DNA from: Peptococcaceae bacterium UBA5757
GTDB lineage: Bacteria > Bacillota > Dehalobacteriia > UBA4068
DNA: 64,000 bases
Direction of reading: 5' to 3'
NCBI GenBank assembly: GCA_002418965.1
Contig: DIFD01000022.1
Coordinates: 142,070 to 206,069, forward strand
Of the stretch, positions 10,234 through 20,025 are shown piece after piece. The notes under the pieces were generated by a model. It saw only the letters and a list, made by a program, of their open reading frames with translations. It had not been told where the DNA came from and did no database searches. The translations under genes were made by a program, and so were the position numbers. Within the stretch, counting starts at the first letter, position 1; the number at the start of each line of letters is the position of its first letter.

Positions 10234-10503
10234 GGTGACGAGAGTTGAATTAACCCGCCTCTGCCTGGCTAAATTTATGGTTTGCTTTGTTATCCTTTCT
10301 AGGCATACATCAAGTATGCCGTCGTGCTAAAGCTGTACAAAACGCAAATTTTTCTGACGCCGACGGTCGAAGAGTTTTTTGTCTCCAGCCGTACATCCAG
10401 CAAGGCGGATGACGCCGCTTTACTGAATGTAAAGCAAGGGGAATAACACCGCATAGAGTGCGGATGGAGACAAAAAACCGGATTGGATTCGGCTCCCGTC
10501 ACC
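10234..10503 (-). ncRNA. unclassified 270-nt structured RNA element / interspersed repeat, copy 1 (homologous to 55753-56022)
   Basis: ~75-80% identical to the second copy over the full length. Closing helix ggtgacg/cgtcacc plus internal hairpins (ggcatac-atcaa-gtatgcc; gcgg-atgacg-ccgc; gctttac-tgaat-gtaaagc; ccgca-tagag-tgcgg) with compensatory differences between copies. 3' end (minus sense) sits 3 nt from the yqfC SD. Strand is inferred from gene context only. Confidence 0.45.
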
Positions 10504-10529
10504 TTAAACTTATGACTAAATCTGCCAAA

Positions 10530-10565
10530 ATATGAAAGCAGCCCGAAACTTCTTTCGGGCTGCTT
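10530..10565 (-). terminator. rho-independent terminator after the yqfB-position gene
   Basis: Hairpin agcagcccgaaa-cttc-tttcgggctgct followed by a U-run on the minus strand. Confidence 0.6.
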
Positions 10566-10598
10566 ACTAAATATATTCTATTGAATTAGCACTGGTTT

Positions 10599-11279
10599 TT
10601 ATTTCTCGTTCATAACTCTATTCATAATTTTTGCCTTGGGAGGTCCTAATATTTCCGACAAAATAATCCCATTAAGCAAATTATTTTTTTCAACCAGGTT
10701 TACAAGCTCCCAAGGATTTGTAACCTGGTCTCTTGTTGTTAAAGCCGGAGTTTGTCTTCCCACGACTGTACCTGTTTTCTGATAAGGCGAGGATTCACTT
10801 CCGAAATCGCCTTCTAAAGATGATTCACCCTCCCCATAAGGAGTGCCTTCATAAGAGGATTGCCCCTGCCCAAAAGAACCGCCTTCAGTAGATATTATCG
10901 GCTTGACCTGCTGAGACAATTTCATTGTACGAGGCTTAACTTTTGTGGGTTCCACATAACGACGTACAACATCTTCCCATGAAGTGAGCGCAGACTGATC
11001 TTGCGGAGGCTCATCGTCTAGTTCTTCAATAGCAGCGCCTTCAAAGTACGTGCCCTCAGATTGAGGGTATTCGTCATCTTCTTCCCAGCTTGAATCCCAT
11101 CTTTGAGATCCAACTGTTTGCCTGCTTTGCCTTTGGCGCATTTGGGCTTCATATGCTTCTTTGAGCCTTTTTTGCTGCTCAACTTTATTCGTTTGGCCTG
11201 TACGAGTCTTATTTTTGGTCGCATTTGTGATTACTCTTACGACCACCAGCAAAATGATAAAATAGATCAGACCGCTCAT
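10599..11279 (-). CDS. hypothetical membrane-anchored protein with a long acidic/Gln/Ser/Gly-rich low-complexity region (occupies the B. subtilis yqfB position)
   Basis: 226-aa ORF. N-terminal TM helix (LIYFIILLVVVRVI), then a disordered Q/E/S/G-rich sequence. No recognisable catalytic motif. Confidence 0.55.
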   Translation of the reverse strand: MSGLIYFIILLVVVRVITNATKNKTRTGQTNKVEQQKRLKEAYEAQMRQRQSRQTVGSQRWDSSWEEDDEYPQSEGTYFEGAAIEELDDEPPQDQSALTSWEDVVRRYVEPTKVKPRTMKLSQQVKPIISTEGGSFGQGQSSYEGTPYGEGESSLEGDFGSESSPYQKTGTVVGRQTPALTTRDQVTNPWELVNLVEKNNLLNGIILSEILGPPKAKIMNRVMNEK

Positions 11280-11311
11280 CGATATACCCCCTTTCCTTGG
11301 TGACCATAATT

Positions 11312-12328
11312 TTATTCGTTCATTTTATCACCGGGATTAAGGTTGGATATGCTTTCTCTCATTTTTGTATCGGATGTGATATTTTTCATTTGATAATAAT
11401 CCATAACACCCAGCAGACCTTTACGGAAGGCTTCAGCCATAGCTTGCGGGATTTCTGCTTCCGCTTCCACAACCTTAGCACGCATTTCTACAACGGCGGC
11501 CTTCATTTCCTGTTCTTTAGCAACAGCCATCGCACGACGTTCTTCGGCCTTGGCCTGTGCAATACGCTTATCGGCTTCTGCCTGGTCAGTCTGTAATTGT
11601 GCCCCGATATTACGCCCAACATCAACATCGGCAATATCGATGGAAAGGATTTCAAACGCGGTACCGGCATCTAAACCTTTACCCAAAACGGTCTGGGAAA
11701 TCCGGTCCGGATTTTCCAAAACCTGTTTGTGGGTTTCACTGGAACCAACGGTGGTTACAATCCCTTCACCAACGCGGGCAATGATGGTTTCTTCCCCGGC
11801 ACCTCCGACCAAACGGTCAATATTAGCTCTGACGGTCACTTTTGCTTTGGCACGAACTTCGATTCCGTTCTTAGCTACTGCAGCCACAACAGGTGTTTCA
11901 ATCACTTTTGGGTTGACGCTCATCTGAACAGCTTCCAAAACATTACGTCCGGCCAAATCGATGGCAGCGGCACGCTCAAACGGCAAAGGAATATTGGCTC
12001 TCTCAGCGGCAATTAAGGCATTCACGACACGGTCTACATTACCACCGGCAAGAAAATGCGCTTCTAGCTTTCTTACATCAACATTCAAGCCGGCTTTGTC
12101 TGCCTTGATTTGCGGAATGATGATTTTAGCGGGTGATACACGGCGCAAGCGCATGCCGATCAAATCAAAAATCCCTACTTTCACTCCGGCCGCTAAGGCT
12201 GAGATCCATAAACCCAAAGGAATAAAACTCAAAACAAATAAAACTACGATAATGATGATAACTATGAAAATAATCGATGATAAACTAATAAGCTCTAAAA
12301 CCCCAACAATGGATAAAGCTGATAACAT
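11312..12328 (-). CDS. floA: flotillin-like SPFH/band-7 protein FloA (YqfA)
   Basis: 338 aa. N-terminal hairpin membrane anchor, SPFH domain, Ala/Glu-rich coiled-coil ([33 protein letters not shown]). Confidence 0.85.
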   Translation of the reverse strand: MLSALSIVGVLELISLSSIIFIVIIIIVVLFVLSFIPLGLWISALAAGVKVGIFDLIGMRLRRVSPAKIIIPQIKADKAGLNVDVRKLEAHFLAGGNVDRVVNALIAAERANIPLPFERAAAIDLAGRNVLEAVQMSVNPKVIETPVVAAVAKNGIEVRAKAKVTVRANIDRLVGGAGEETIIARVGEGIVTTVGSSETHKQVLENPDRISQTVLGKGLDAGTAFEILSIDIADVDVGRNIGAQLQTDQAEADKRIAQAKAEERRAMAVAKEQEMKAAVVEMRAKVVEAEAEIPQAMAEAFRKGLLGVMDYYQMKNITSDTKMRESISNLNPGDKMNE

Positions 12329-12358
12329 GCTTAAGCCCTCCCTTTAAACCAAATTTTT

Positions 12359-13684
12359 TTATTCCCTGATTTGCTGGACAACAACTCTCGTACCTTCCAC
12401 CTTGATCACTTCAATTCTAGAATGGATATCAATGTATTCTCCCTGAGTTACAACGTCCAAACGTTGGCCATCAAAATCCCCTGCACCAGCGGGGCGCAGC
12501 ATGGTTATAGCAACTCCCTTTTTACCTGCATACTGTTGCAAACCGTAATCAGGAGCGACATATCCCTGTTCGTTCTCTTGTTTTAGGGATAAGATCAATT
12601 TACTCCAAACTTTTCTTGTCTTCTTATTTTTAACCATAAACACCACCAATAATACAGATGCTACTAAAGAGATACCAATGGCGATCAGGGCATATTCTGC
12701 ATTGGGCGAGGCCAAAAATATGGAACCGAATACAGAGAGTATACCCAAAACACCAGCAACTCCAAAACCCGGGATAATAAATATTTCCATAACGATGAGG
12801 AATAGTCCTGCAACAAATAGTAATATTGTTCCCAAGCCTGCATAACCTGCCCAATAATTGCCAGCAAAAAAGCCGATAAAAGCCAATAAACCTGCCGCTC
12901 CGAAGACACCAAAACCGACGGTAAATACTTCAATCAATATCCCTGCAATCCCGATTGTAAGCAAAATGGAGGCTACGTAGGGGCTGGAAAGCCATTTGAC
13001 CAACCTTTCCGGAAAAGTGGGCACAACTTCTACCACATTAGCTCCCGGGAAATACGCTTCTACCAGTTCTTCCTGAGTTGCAATGGTAGCGTCGCTGATA
13101 GCATATTGCAACGCCTCGCTATCGGACAAAGTCAATAACTCCCCTTCCTTGACCAGATCAGGAATCTCAATAGAGCTGTCGGACATGGCGGCTGCTATTG
13201 CGCCATCTTTCCCTCTTGCTTCCGCAGTGGCTCTTAATTGTGCCGTCCACATGGAAACAACTTTAATGTCCGCTTTTTCTTCTCCGGCCCGCGGTTCCGC
13301 CGCACCGATGGTACTAGCCGGAGCCATCGCCAGTTTTTCACCCGCCAAAGCGATCAAGGAACCGGCTGAGATAGCTTTGGTATCAACATAACAAATAGAA
13401 GGTACCTGACAATTTAAAATCAGATCTTTAAGATTAATGGCACTGTCAATTTCACCGCCATACGTATCAATGCGGAAGATAATGCCCTCCGCTCCATCTG
13501 TAATAGCATCCGTATAGGCCCGCTGCACAAAAGCAAGCGTACCCGAACCAATATCTCCCTCAATTGGGATCACATACACATCCGTATCGTTTATAGCAAA
13601 AGCCTGCAAAGGCATAAAAACCCCTAAAACAATTATGATAATTAAAATCCATCTGAGATACTGCCTTAAAAAAAAGTTAAACAT
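12359..13684 (-). CDS. nfeD: NfeD-like membrane-bound ClpP-class serine protease (YqeZ)
   Basis: 441 aa. N-terminal signal/TM, ClpP-like protease domain, multi-TM region, C-terminal OB-fold. Classical partner of floA. Confidence 0.85.
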   Translation of the reverse strand: MFNFFLRQYLRWILIIIIVLGVFMPLQAFAINDTDVYVIPIEGDIGSGTLAFVQRAYTDAITDGAEGIIFRIDTYGGEIDSAINLKDLILNCQVPSICYVDTKAISAGSLIALAGEKLAMAPASTIGAAEPRAGEEKADIKVVSMWTAQLRATAEARGKDGAIAAAMSDSSIEIPDLVKEGELLTLSDSEALQYAISDATIATQEELVEAYFPGANVVEVVPTFPERLVKWLSSPYVASILLTIGIAGILIEVFTVGFGVFGAAGLLAFIGFFAGNYWAGYAGLGTILLFVAGLFLIVMEIFIIPGFGVAGVLGILSVFGSIFLASPNAEYALIAIGISLVASVLLVVFMVKNKKTRKVWSKLILSLKQENEQGYVAPDYGLQQYAGKKGVAITMLRPAGAGDFDGQRLDVVTQGEYIDIHSRIEVIKVEGTRVVVQQIRE

Positions 13685-13828
13685 ACGGATACCCCCCCAT
13701 TCTCTTCTTCTGTTATCATACCATAAATTTTTTTAACAAATAACAATCTACTCGCTGCACAGCGATGGTAGCCACATAAGCCGGTCGCTTATCGTTTGCA
13801 GCGATTGCATCGAAACCTGTTTGTTCCT

Positions 13829-13856
13829 TTGCAATGTGTTATGTGGATATTATACT
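13829..13856 (+). promoter_or_regulatory. candidate sigma-A-like promoter (TTGCAA-16-TATACT) for a small plus-strand transcript
   Basis: TTGCAA at 13829-13834, TATACT at 13851-13856. Confidence 0.3.
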
Positions 13857-13862
13857 ACAATT

Positions 13863-14015
13863 CGGCGGCAAAACCTGCGATTTCACCAAACGCCAGGCGT
13901 TTGGGTTGCGCTTTAAGCGCAACCGCCGTTGCGGCGTAATGAACACAATCACGCCTTTGGCGTGACACCGCCATTCGCGGCGCTCAAGAGCGGAGCTCTT
14001 GAGTTCTTGTGTTTA
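13863..14015 (+). ncRNA. candidate ~150-nt sRNA made of consecutive GC-rich hairpins ending in an intrinsic terminator
   Basis: Hairpins ccaaacg-ccagg-cgtttgg, gttgcgc-tttaa-gcgcaac, cgccg-ttg-cggcg, tcacgcc-tttg-ggcgtga, ccgc-cattc-gcgg, then ctcaagag-cggag-ctcttgag followed by ttcttgtgtttatt. No ORF. Confidence 0.3.
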
Positions 14016-14103
14016 TTATACCATATCAGATCATAATTATATGCAAAATCTATCAAAAGTCTAATCAGATAACTACACTTACTTTACTCTATGCTATTAA
14101 TAT

Positions 14104-14134
14104 AAAAAAAGCGGAGCTTTAGCTCCGCTTTTTA
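14104..14134 (-). terminator. bidirectional rho-independent terminator downstream of rny
   Basis: aaaaaaa-gcggagc-ttta-gctccgc-tttttatt. Confidence 0.7.
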
Positions 14135-14143
14135 TTAAAAAGA

Positions 14144-15757
14144 CTATTTGGCGTAATCAACAACCCTCGTCTCACGAATGATCACAACTTTGATCTGTCC
14201 GGGATACTCCAGCTCGGATTCAATCTTTTTGACGATATCACGGGCAATACGGGCCGCGGACAAATCATCCACTTTTTCCGGCTCAACAATGATCCGTACT
14301 TCCCGACCGGCCTGAATCGCATAAGAAGTTTTGACTCCATCAAATGATTCCGCAATCTCTTCAAGCTTCTGCAAACGCTTGATATAATATTCCAAGGTTT
14401 CTCTACGCGCACCTGGTCTTGCGGCAGAAATAGCATCCGCAGCCTGTACCAACGCAGCTTCTAAACTATTTACCTCAATATCTCCATGATGCGCGGCAAT
14501 GGCATGAATCACTTCAGCGCTTTCTTTATGCTTTTTAGCTAAATCGGCTCCGATCACAACGTGGGGCCCTTCTACCTCATGGTCTACTGCTTTGCCCAGG
14601 TCATGTAACAATCCGGCCCGTTTGGCAATCGCCACATTAGCACCCAATTCCGTTGCCATCAACCCGGCCAGATGGGACACTTCTACAGAATGCTTTAATA
14701 CATTTTGTCCATAACTGGTACGGAAATGCAGGCGTCCCAATAATCTGACCATTTCCGAATTCAAGCCATGTACATTTGTATCAAAGGTAGCCTGTTCCCC
14801 TTCTTCCTGAATCTTTTGATCGACTTCTTTTTTGGCTTTTTCTACCATTTCTTCGATTCGTGCGGGGTGAATCCGACCGTCTAAGATCAGTTTTTCCAAA
14901 GCAATGCGGGCTACTTCTCTACGAATCGGATCAAAACCGGATAAGATCACAGCTTCAGGTGTATCATCAATAATCAAATCAATTCCGGTTAAAGTTTCCA
15001 AGGTGCGGATATTACGTCCCTCACGGCCGATGATACGGCCTTTCATCTCTTCATTAGGAAGGTCAACAACAGACACCGTCGTTTCCGCAACATGGTCAGC
15101 GGCAACCCGTTGAATGGCGGAAGCAATAATCTCCCGTGCCTTCTTTTCTCCTTCTTCTTTGGCATGATCACGAATCTCTTTGATCATGATCGAAGCTTCA
15201 TGCTGTACTTCTTCTTCTAAGCTGGACAAAAGCATCTGTTTGGCTTCTGTTGAAGTTAAACCGGAAATTGCCTCCAACTCTTTTAGTTTTCGTCCCTGAA
15301 TCTCTAAAACATGCGCTTTCGCCTGCTCAATTTCCTGTTCCTTTTTGTGAAAATTATCTTCCTTCTTTTCCAGGGCTTCCAATTTATAATCCAAAGATTC
15401 TTCTTTTTGCATCAAACGCTTTTCTTGCCGGGTAATCTCACTTCGTCTTTCTTTATTCTCCCGATCAGCCTCAGTCCGAATCCTAATAATTTCTTCTTTC
15501 GTTTCTAATAGGGCTTCTTTCTTTTTGCTTTCTGATTCCCTTTTTGCATCAATGATCATCTTGGCAGCGGATTCTTCGGCACTTTTGATCGTTCCCTCCG
15601 CAATGTTTTTTCTCATGATATAACCAACCATACCACCGACCACTAAAAAGATAATTGCTATTATAATTTCTTTAATCACCCTGTCACCTCCAAAACCATT
15701 TATAATAAATATCTGATTTGATAAATAAAAAAATCGAGCCGGGAACTCGATTTTCAA
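14144..15757 (-). CDS. rny: ribonuclease Y
   Basis: 537 aa. N-terminal TM, coiled-coil, KH domain, HD domain ([13 protein letters not shown]...LLHDLGK). Confidence 0.92.
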   Translation of the reverse strand: MKIEFPARFFYLSNQIFIINGFGGDRVIKEIIIAIIFLVVGGMVGYIMRKNIAEGTIKSAEESAAKMIIDAKRESESKKKEALLETKEEIIRIRTEADRENKERRSEITRQEKRLMQKEESLDYKLEALEKKEDNFHKKEQEIEQAKAHVLEIQGRKLKELEAISGLTSTEAKQMLLSSLEEEVQHEASIMIKEIRDHAKEEGEKKAREIIASAIQRVAADHVAETTVSVVDLPNEEMKGRIIGREGRNIRTLETLTGIDLIIDDTPEAVILSGFDPIRREVARIALEKLILDGRIHPARIEEMVEKAKKEVDQKIQEEGEQATFDTNVHGLNSEMVRLLGRLHFRTSYGQNVLKHSVEVSHLAGLMATELGANVAIAKRAGLLHDLGKAVDHEVEGPHVVIGADLAKKHKESAEVIHAIAAHHGDIEVNSLEAALVQAADAISAARPGARRETLEYYIKRLQKLEEIAESFDGVKTSYAIQAGREVRIIVEPEKVDDLSAARIARDIVKKIESELEYPGQIKVVIIRETRVVDYAK

Positions 15758-16009
15758 AAGACTAATGTAGCTTTACCAGGAATTTTTAATCTAAGTCTAT
15801 ACTCTTATATATCTTTTTGTATAAGTTTATTGCACAACGTATTGACTTGTTGTCGACATAATCCTCTTTTAACAACCCATATACAAAATTCATCTATATA
15901 AAACCATATCAGACTTAAAATCCAAGCTACATTTATATTATGTTACAGGATCAATTTGCTATAACATAATCAATATCTAATAAAAATCATCCCTAACAAA
16001 TTTATTTTA

Positions 16010-16579
16010 TTATTTTCCCAGCTTATTGTCAAGCAAATTTATTTTACCCTCTTCAAATAATGTATAAATTTTAGCGCTAGGGAAGCCACGTCCGGCCGCA
16101 CGACGCATTAAAGTATAGATAAATTTCTTCTTTCTTTGTTCATCGGCTTCAATTTGAGTAGGAAAAGAAGACGCTTCTTTATGCAAATACTTTATTAGTG
16201 CTGCTGTTTCTTCTTCATCTGTGTATTCATTCTCAAGACTTTGATCTATCAAATCCCTGTTCACACCACGGCGTTGCAATTCCGCACGGATGTAAGAACG
16301 GCCTTTTAATGTATAATTTTTTCTTTCAAAGATAATAGCTTCCGCCAATTTTTCTTCATCGAGAAGCCCTACTTCGACCAAAGAATCTACCACAAGAGCC
16401 GCCGTTTCGCAAGAAGCACCTTTTTGTTTGAGTTTTTGTTTTAATTCAAAGGCAGAATACGGACGCCGGGCTAGACACGCAATAGCAGCAGCCCTGAAAC
16501 GATTTAGCCCAGGGCTGCTGTTTGTCTCATCAATTCTATTTTTTAATTTTTTAACATCATTTTCTTTTTTTTTAATCAT
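16010..16579 (-). CDS. recX: recombination regulator RecX
   Basis: 189 aa immediately downstream of recA. RecX-like helical repeats. Confidence 0.8.
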   Translation of the reverse strand: MIKKKENDVKKLKNRIDETNSSPGLNRFRAAAIACLARRPYSAFELKQKLKQKGASCETAALVVDSLVEVGLLDEEKLAEAIIFERKNYTLKGRSYIRAELQRRGVNRDLIDQSLENEYTDEEETAALIKYLHKEASSFPTQIEADEQRKKKFIYTLMRRAAGRGFPSAKIYTLFEEGKINLLDNKLGK

Positions 16580-16586
16580 AGGTCAA

Positions 16587-17633
16587 TTAATTATCATCAT
16601 CCTCTAAGCCTTTCGGCTCGGCACTTGCCCCTATCTTGATCATGGGCGTATCTTTAGCCATATCACGGATTTTTTGTTCCAATTCATTCATGACTTCAGG
16701 ATGTTGCTGAAGATAGGTTTTGGCGTTTTCTCTACCCTGACCGATACGTTCACCGTTATATGAGTACCAACTACCGGTTTTACCAAGCAATTTCATTTCC
16801 GATGCGATATCCAGGATGTTCCCTTCTTTGGAAATGCCCGTGCCGTACATAATATCAAATTCCGCTGTTTTAAAAGGTGGGGCCACCTTATTTTTAACGA
16901 CCTTTACTTTTGTCCGGCAGCCGATTGAATCGGTGCCTTGTTTGATCTGCTCACCCTTGCGGACTTCTAAACGGATAGAAGCATAAAATTTTAATGCCCT
17001 ACCGCCGGACGTGGTTTCAGGATTGCCGAACATAACCCCTACTTTTTCACGAATCTGATTGATAAAGATAATGCACGTGTTGGATTTACTGATCGCGCCT
17101 GTTAATTTGCGCAAGGCCTGGGACATCAGCCGGGCTTGCAAGCCGACAAAGGCATCACCCATGTCGCCTTCTAATTCTATCCTGGGAACAAGCGCCGCCA
17201 CGGAGTCGATGACGATGATATCCACGGCACCGCTTCTGGTTAAGGCTTCGGCAATTTCCAAAGCCTGCTCACCGGTATCGGGCTGCGAAATCAATAAATT
17301 TTCCGTATCCACGCCAAGTTTCGCCGCATAAATTGGGTCCAGGGCGTGTTCGGCGTCGATAAACGCCGCAATACCGCCTTTTTTTTGCGCCTCAGCAATA
17401 ATATGTAAAGAGACAGTCGTCTTACCGGAGGACTCCTGACCAAAAATTTCGATTACACGCCCTCTGGGCACGCCGCCAATACCCAACGCAAGATCCAACG
17501 CTAAAGAGCCAGTTGGGATTGCTTCAATCCCGGCTCTGATATTGTTATCCCCCATGCGCATGATTGCACCTTTGCCAAATTGCTTTTCGATCTGCGCCAA
17601 TGCTGCTTCGAGCGCCTGTGATTTATCTGCCAT
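16587..17633 (-). CDS. recA: recombinase RecA
   Basis: 348 aa. GPESSGKTT Walker A, highly conserved RecA core. Confidence 0.97.
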   Translation of the reverse strand: MADKSQALEAALAQIEKQFGKGAIMRMGDNNIRAGIEAIPTGSLALDLALGIGGVPRGRVIEIFGQESSGKTTVSLHIIAEAQKKGGIAAFIDAEHALDPIYAAKLGVDTENLLISQPDTGEQALEIAEALTRSGAVDIIVIDSVAALVPRIELEGDMGDAFVGLQARLMSQALRKLTGAISKSNTCIIFINQIREKVGVMFGNPETTSGGRALKFYASIRLEVRKGEQIKQGTDSIGCRTKVKVVKNKVAPPFKTAEFDIMYGTGISKEGNILDIASEMKLLGKTGSWYSYNGERIGQGRENAKTYLQQHPEVMNELEQKIRDMAKDTPMIKIGASAEPKGLEDDDN

Positions 17634-17657
17634 TTCTTTACCTCCTTAATGATCTAC

Positions 17658-17705
17658 CAAACATATGTTCGATTTCATTATACACACTTGTCTCCATTTT
17701 GGCAA
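17658..17705 (-). promoter_or_regulatory. recA promoter (TTGCCA-17-TGTATAAT) with LexA/DinR Cheo box CGAACATATGTTTG
   Basis: Minus-strand reading gives TTGCCA...gtgTATAATgaaatCGAACATATGTTTGg. A 13/14 match to the Gram-positive SOS box (CGAACRNRYGTTYC) lies just downstream of the -10 element. Confidence 0.7.
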
Positions 17706-17719
17706 GTATTTGGCAAAAA

Positions 17720-18229
17720 TTATTTTTTAAGATAGCTGTGCACCAGCTCCACATAGCGTTCGGCATGCTCCAGGAGTCCAGTCACTCTGTTTTCATCCAG
17801 CGTTCTCACCACCTGTCCCGGGATGCCCATCACCATGGAATGGGGCGGGATTTCTTTATTGGGCGAAACCACGCTACCGGCCGCTACGATGGAGCCCTCT
17901 CCAATGGTCACCCCATCCAAAATAACGGAACCCATCCCGATCATGCAACCATCCTCCACGGTGCAAGCATGAAGAACAACATTATGCCCCACGGTCACGT
18001 TATTGCCGATATACGTACCCCGCTCATGGTTGACATGGACTGTAGCGTTATCCTGAATGCTAGTGCCGGAACCGATTACCACATCAAAAATATCCGCCCG
18101 AATCACGGCACTATGCCAAACGCTTGCGTTGTCGCCAAGCACCACATCACCGATCAGATCGGCGGAATCTGCGATAAAACAATCTTTACCGATTTGCGGT
18201 TTTTTTCCTTGATATGTTTCAATTGTCAT
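17720..18229 (-). CDS. gamma-class carbonic anhydrase family / hexapeptide-repeat protein (YrdA/PaaY-like)
   Basis: 169 aa, left-handed beta-helix hexapeptide repeats, conserved His ligands. Confidence 0.75.
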   Translation of the reverse strand: MTIETYQGKKPQIGKDCFIADSADLIGDVVLGDNASVWHSAVIRADIFDVVIGSGTSIQDNATVHVNHERGTYIGNNVTVGHNVVLHACTVEDGCMIGMGSVILDGVTIGEGSIVAAGSVVSPNKEIPPHSMVMGIPGQVVRTLDENRVTGLLEHAERYVELVHSYLKK

Positions 18230-18245
18230 CTTTTTTACTCCTTCG

Positions 18246-19952
18246 TTATTTGTTTTTGATTAACCAATTGGTCACATAATCTACCGTTTCCTGCAGAGGA
18301 ATATCGAATTGTTCCCCCGTAGAACGTACTTTGACTTCGGCATTACCCGTCTCCTTACATTTTGTACCTATGGTAATACGTAAAGGATAGCCCAGAAGAT
18401 CGGCGTCGTTGAACTTGACGCCGGGACGCTCTTTGCGGTCATCCAGAACGGTTTCAATCTGTTTTTTCTGCAGCCCCACATAGATATCTTGAGCAATCTG
18501 AACCAATTCTTGGTCCTTATCGTTGACGGGAATCACGACCACCTGATAAGGAGCTATGGAAACAGGCCAGATGATGCCCTTTTCGTCATGGTTTTGCTCG
18601 ATGACAGCCGCCATGGTACGTCCGACGCCAATGCCGTAACAGCCCATGACAAATTCCTTTTCCTGCCCATCGATGTCATGGAAGCGTGCCTCCATGGAAT
18701 GGCTGTATTTGGTATGCAGCTTAAAGACTTGGCCCACCTCGATGCCTCTGGCTTTGCGTAAAGGAGCGCCGCATTTGGGGCAGCATTCCCCTTCTTCCAC
18801 CATACGAATATCGGCAATCGTTTCCACCGTATAGTCACGCCCGTAATTGGCGTTGACATAATGGGTTCCGTGTTTACCGCCGCCTATGACCTGATTGCTG
18901 ATAAAGGGAACTTCGCAATCGGCGATGACGGAGATCCCTTTGATATCGATGGCTCCGATATAACCGGGAACCAGACCGCCTACCCGCAAAAGCTCTTCCG
19001 GAGCAAATTCCAACTCCAGACAATGGAGTGAATTTTTTAATTTGACCTCATTGACCCGACGGTCTCCACGTAAAAAAACAATAACCAATTTGCCATCGGC
19101 AGCATAGCACATGGCTTTAATGGACTTCTTAATATCTAGGTTTAAAAAGCGGCAGACATCTTCAATCGTAGGACAATTGGGTGTTTCTTTAAGAAAAAGC
19201 TCGGCAGGCGTTTGCGGGTCTGCTTCCGGCAAGGCCGCCACGGATGCGATTTCTGTTGAAGCGGCATAATCGCAAGCCTCGCAATACAAAATATCCGCCT
19301 CACCGGTGTCGGCTAAAGCCATAAATTCATGACTGCCCGAACCGCCGATGGCGCCGCTGTCGGCCTCCACCGGACGGCAGTTTAAGCCGCAACGGCCAAA
19401 TATCTTCTCATAAGCGCCGTAGGCCAAACGGTAGCTGACTTCCAGACCTTCCTCATCCTTATCAAAAGAATACATATCCTTCATCACAAATTCCCGGCTG
19501 CGCATCAGCCCAAAACGCGGGCGGCGCTCGTCGCGGAATTTGGTCTGGATCTGATAAAGGCGCTGCGGCAACTGTTTATAGGAACGGATCGAGTCTTTTA
19601 CTAAATCCGTTATGATCTCCTCATGCGTGGGAGCCAGGCAAAAATCCCTGCCGTGACGATCCTTCACACGCCACAGTTCCGCACCGTACACATCCCAGCG
19701 TCCCGATTGCTGCCAGATTTCGGCCGGATGAACGATGGGCATCATCAATTCCTGCCCGTCGATTGCATCCATCTCCTCGCGGATGATCTCGCTGATCTTT
19801 TTCATCACACGCCAGGATACCGGCAAATAGCTATAGACTCCGGCTGCTAATTTTTGAATCAAACCGGCTTTGAGCATGAGCTGGTGGCTGGCGATTTCCG
19901 CCTCTGCCGGTATTTCTCTCAATGTCGGCGCAAACAACTGATTGGCTTTCAT
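18246..19952 (-). CDS. proS: prolyl-tRNA synthetase (bacterial type with INS editing domain)
   Basis: 568 aa, class II motifs, MKANQLFAPTLREIPAEAEI... N-terminus. Confidence 0.95.
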   Translation of the reverse strand: MKANQLFAPTLREIPAEAEIASHQLMLKAGLIQKLAAGVYSYLPVSWRVMKKISEIIREEMDAIDGQELMMPIVHPAEIWQQSGRWDVYGAELWRVKDRHGRDFCLAPTHEEIITDLVKDSIRSYKQLPQRLYQIQTKFRDERRPRFGLMRSREFVMKDMYSFDKDEEGLEVSYRLAYGAYEKIFGRCGLNCRPVEADSGAIGGSGSHEFMALADTGEADILYCEACDYAASTEIASVAALPEADPQTPAELFLKETPNCPTIEDVCRFLNLDIKKSIKAMCYAADGKLVIVFLRGDRRVNEVKLKNSLHCLELEFAPEELLRVGGLVPGYIGAIDIKGISVIADCEVPFISNQVIGGGKHGTHYVNANYGRDYTVETIADIRMVEEGECCPKCGAPLRKARGIEVGQVFKLHTKYSHSMEARFHDIDGQEKEFVMGCYGIGVGRTMAAVIEQNHDEKGIIWPVSIAPYQVVVIPVNDKDQELVQIAQDIYVGLQKKQIETVLDDRKERPGVKFNDADLLGYPLRITIGTKCKETGNAEVKVRSTGEQFDIPLQETVDYVTNWLIKNK

Positions 19953-19996
19953 TCTTCTTCCTCCTGCTTATCTTCATCAATTAAAGTCGTTCCTGT

Positions 19997-20025
19997 CAAA
20001 CAAACCGAAAGATCGGTTTGTTTTT
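19997..20025 (-). terminator. hairpin between ispG and proS (terminator or attenuator; T-run on plus side, UGUUUG on minus side)
   Basis: caaacaaaccga-aaga-tcggtttgttt-tt. Sits in the 200-nt ispG-proS spacer. No T-box consensus recognised. Confidence 0.4.

Noticed and set aside
10234-10503. Possibility that the 270-nt elements are 6S RNA, SRP RNA, a T-box or a ydaO (c-di-AMP) riboswitch
   Set aside because: No long irregular single hairpin with central bubble (6S). No AGGUCAGGUCCGGAAGGAAGCAGC (SRP). No GGGUGGNACCGCG (T-box). A short ACGGGAGCCGAAUCC stretch resembles part of ydaO, but the rest of that motif is absent and the second copy does not share it. Left as unclassified.
13860-14012. 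CRISPR array
   Set aside because: Hairpins are GC-rich palindromes of different sequence, not direct repeats separated by spacers. No cas genes.
17564-18259. 231-aa plus-strand ORF
   Set aside because: Antisense to the hexapeptide-repeat gamma-CA gene and the recA promoter. Amino-acid composition is His/Cys-rich nonsense. No RBS.
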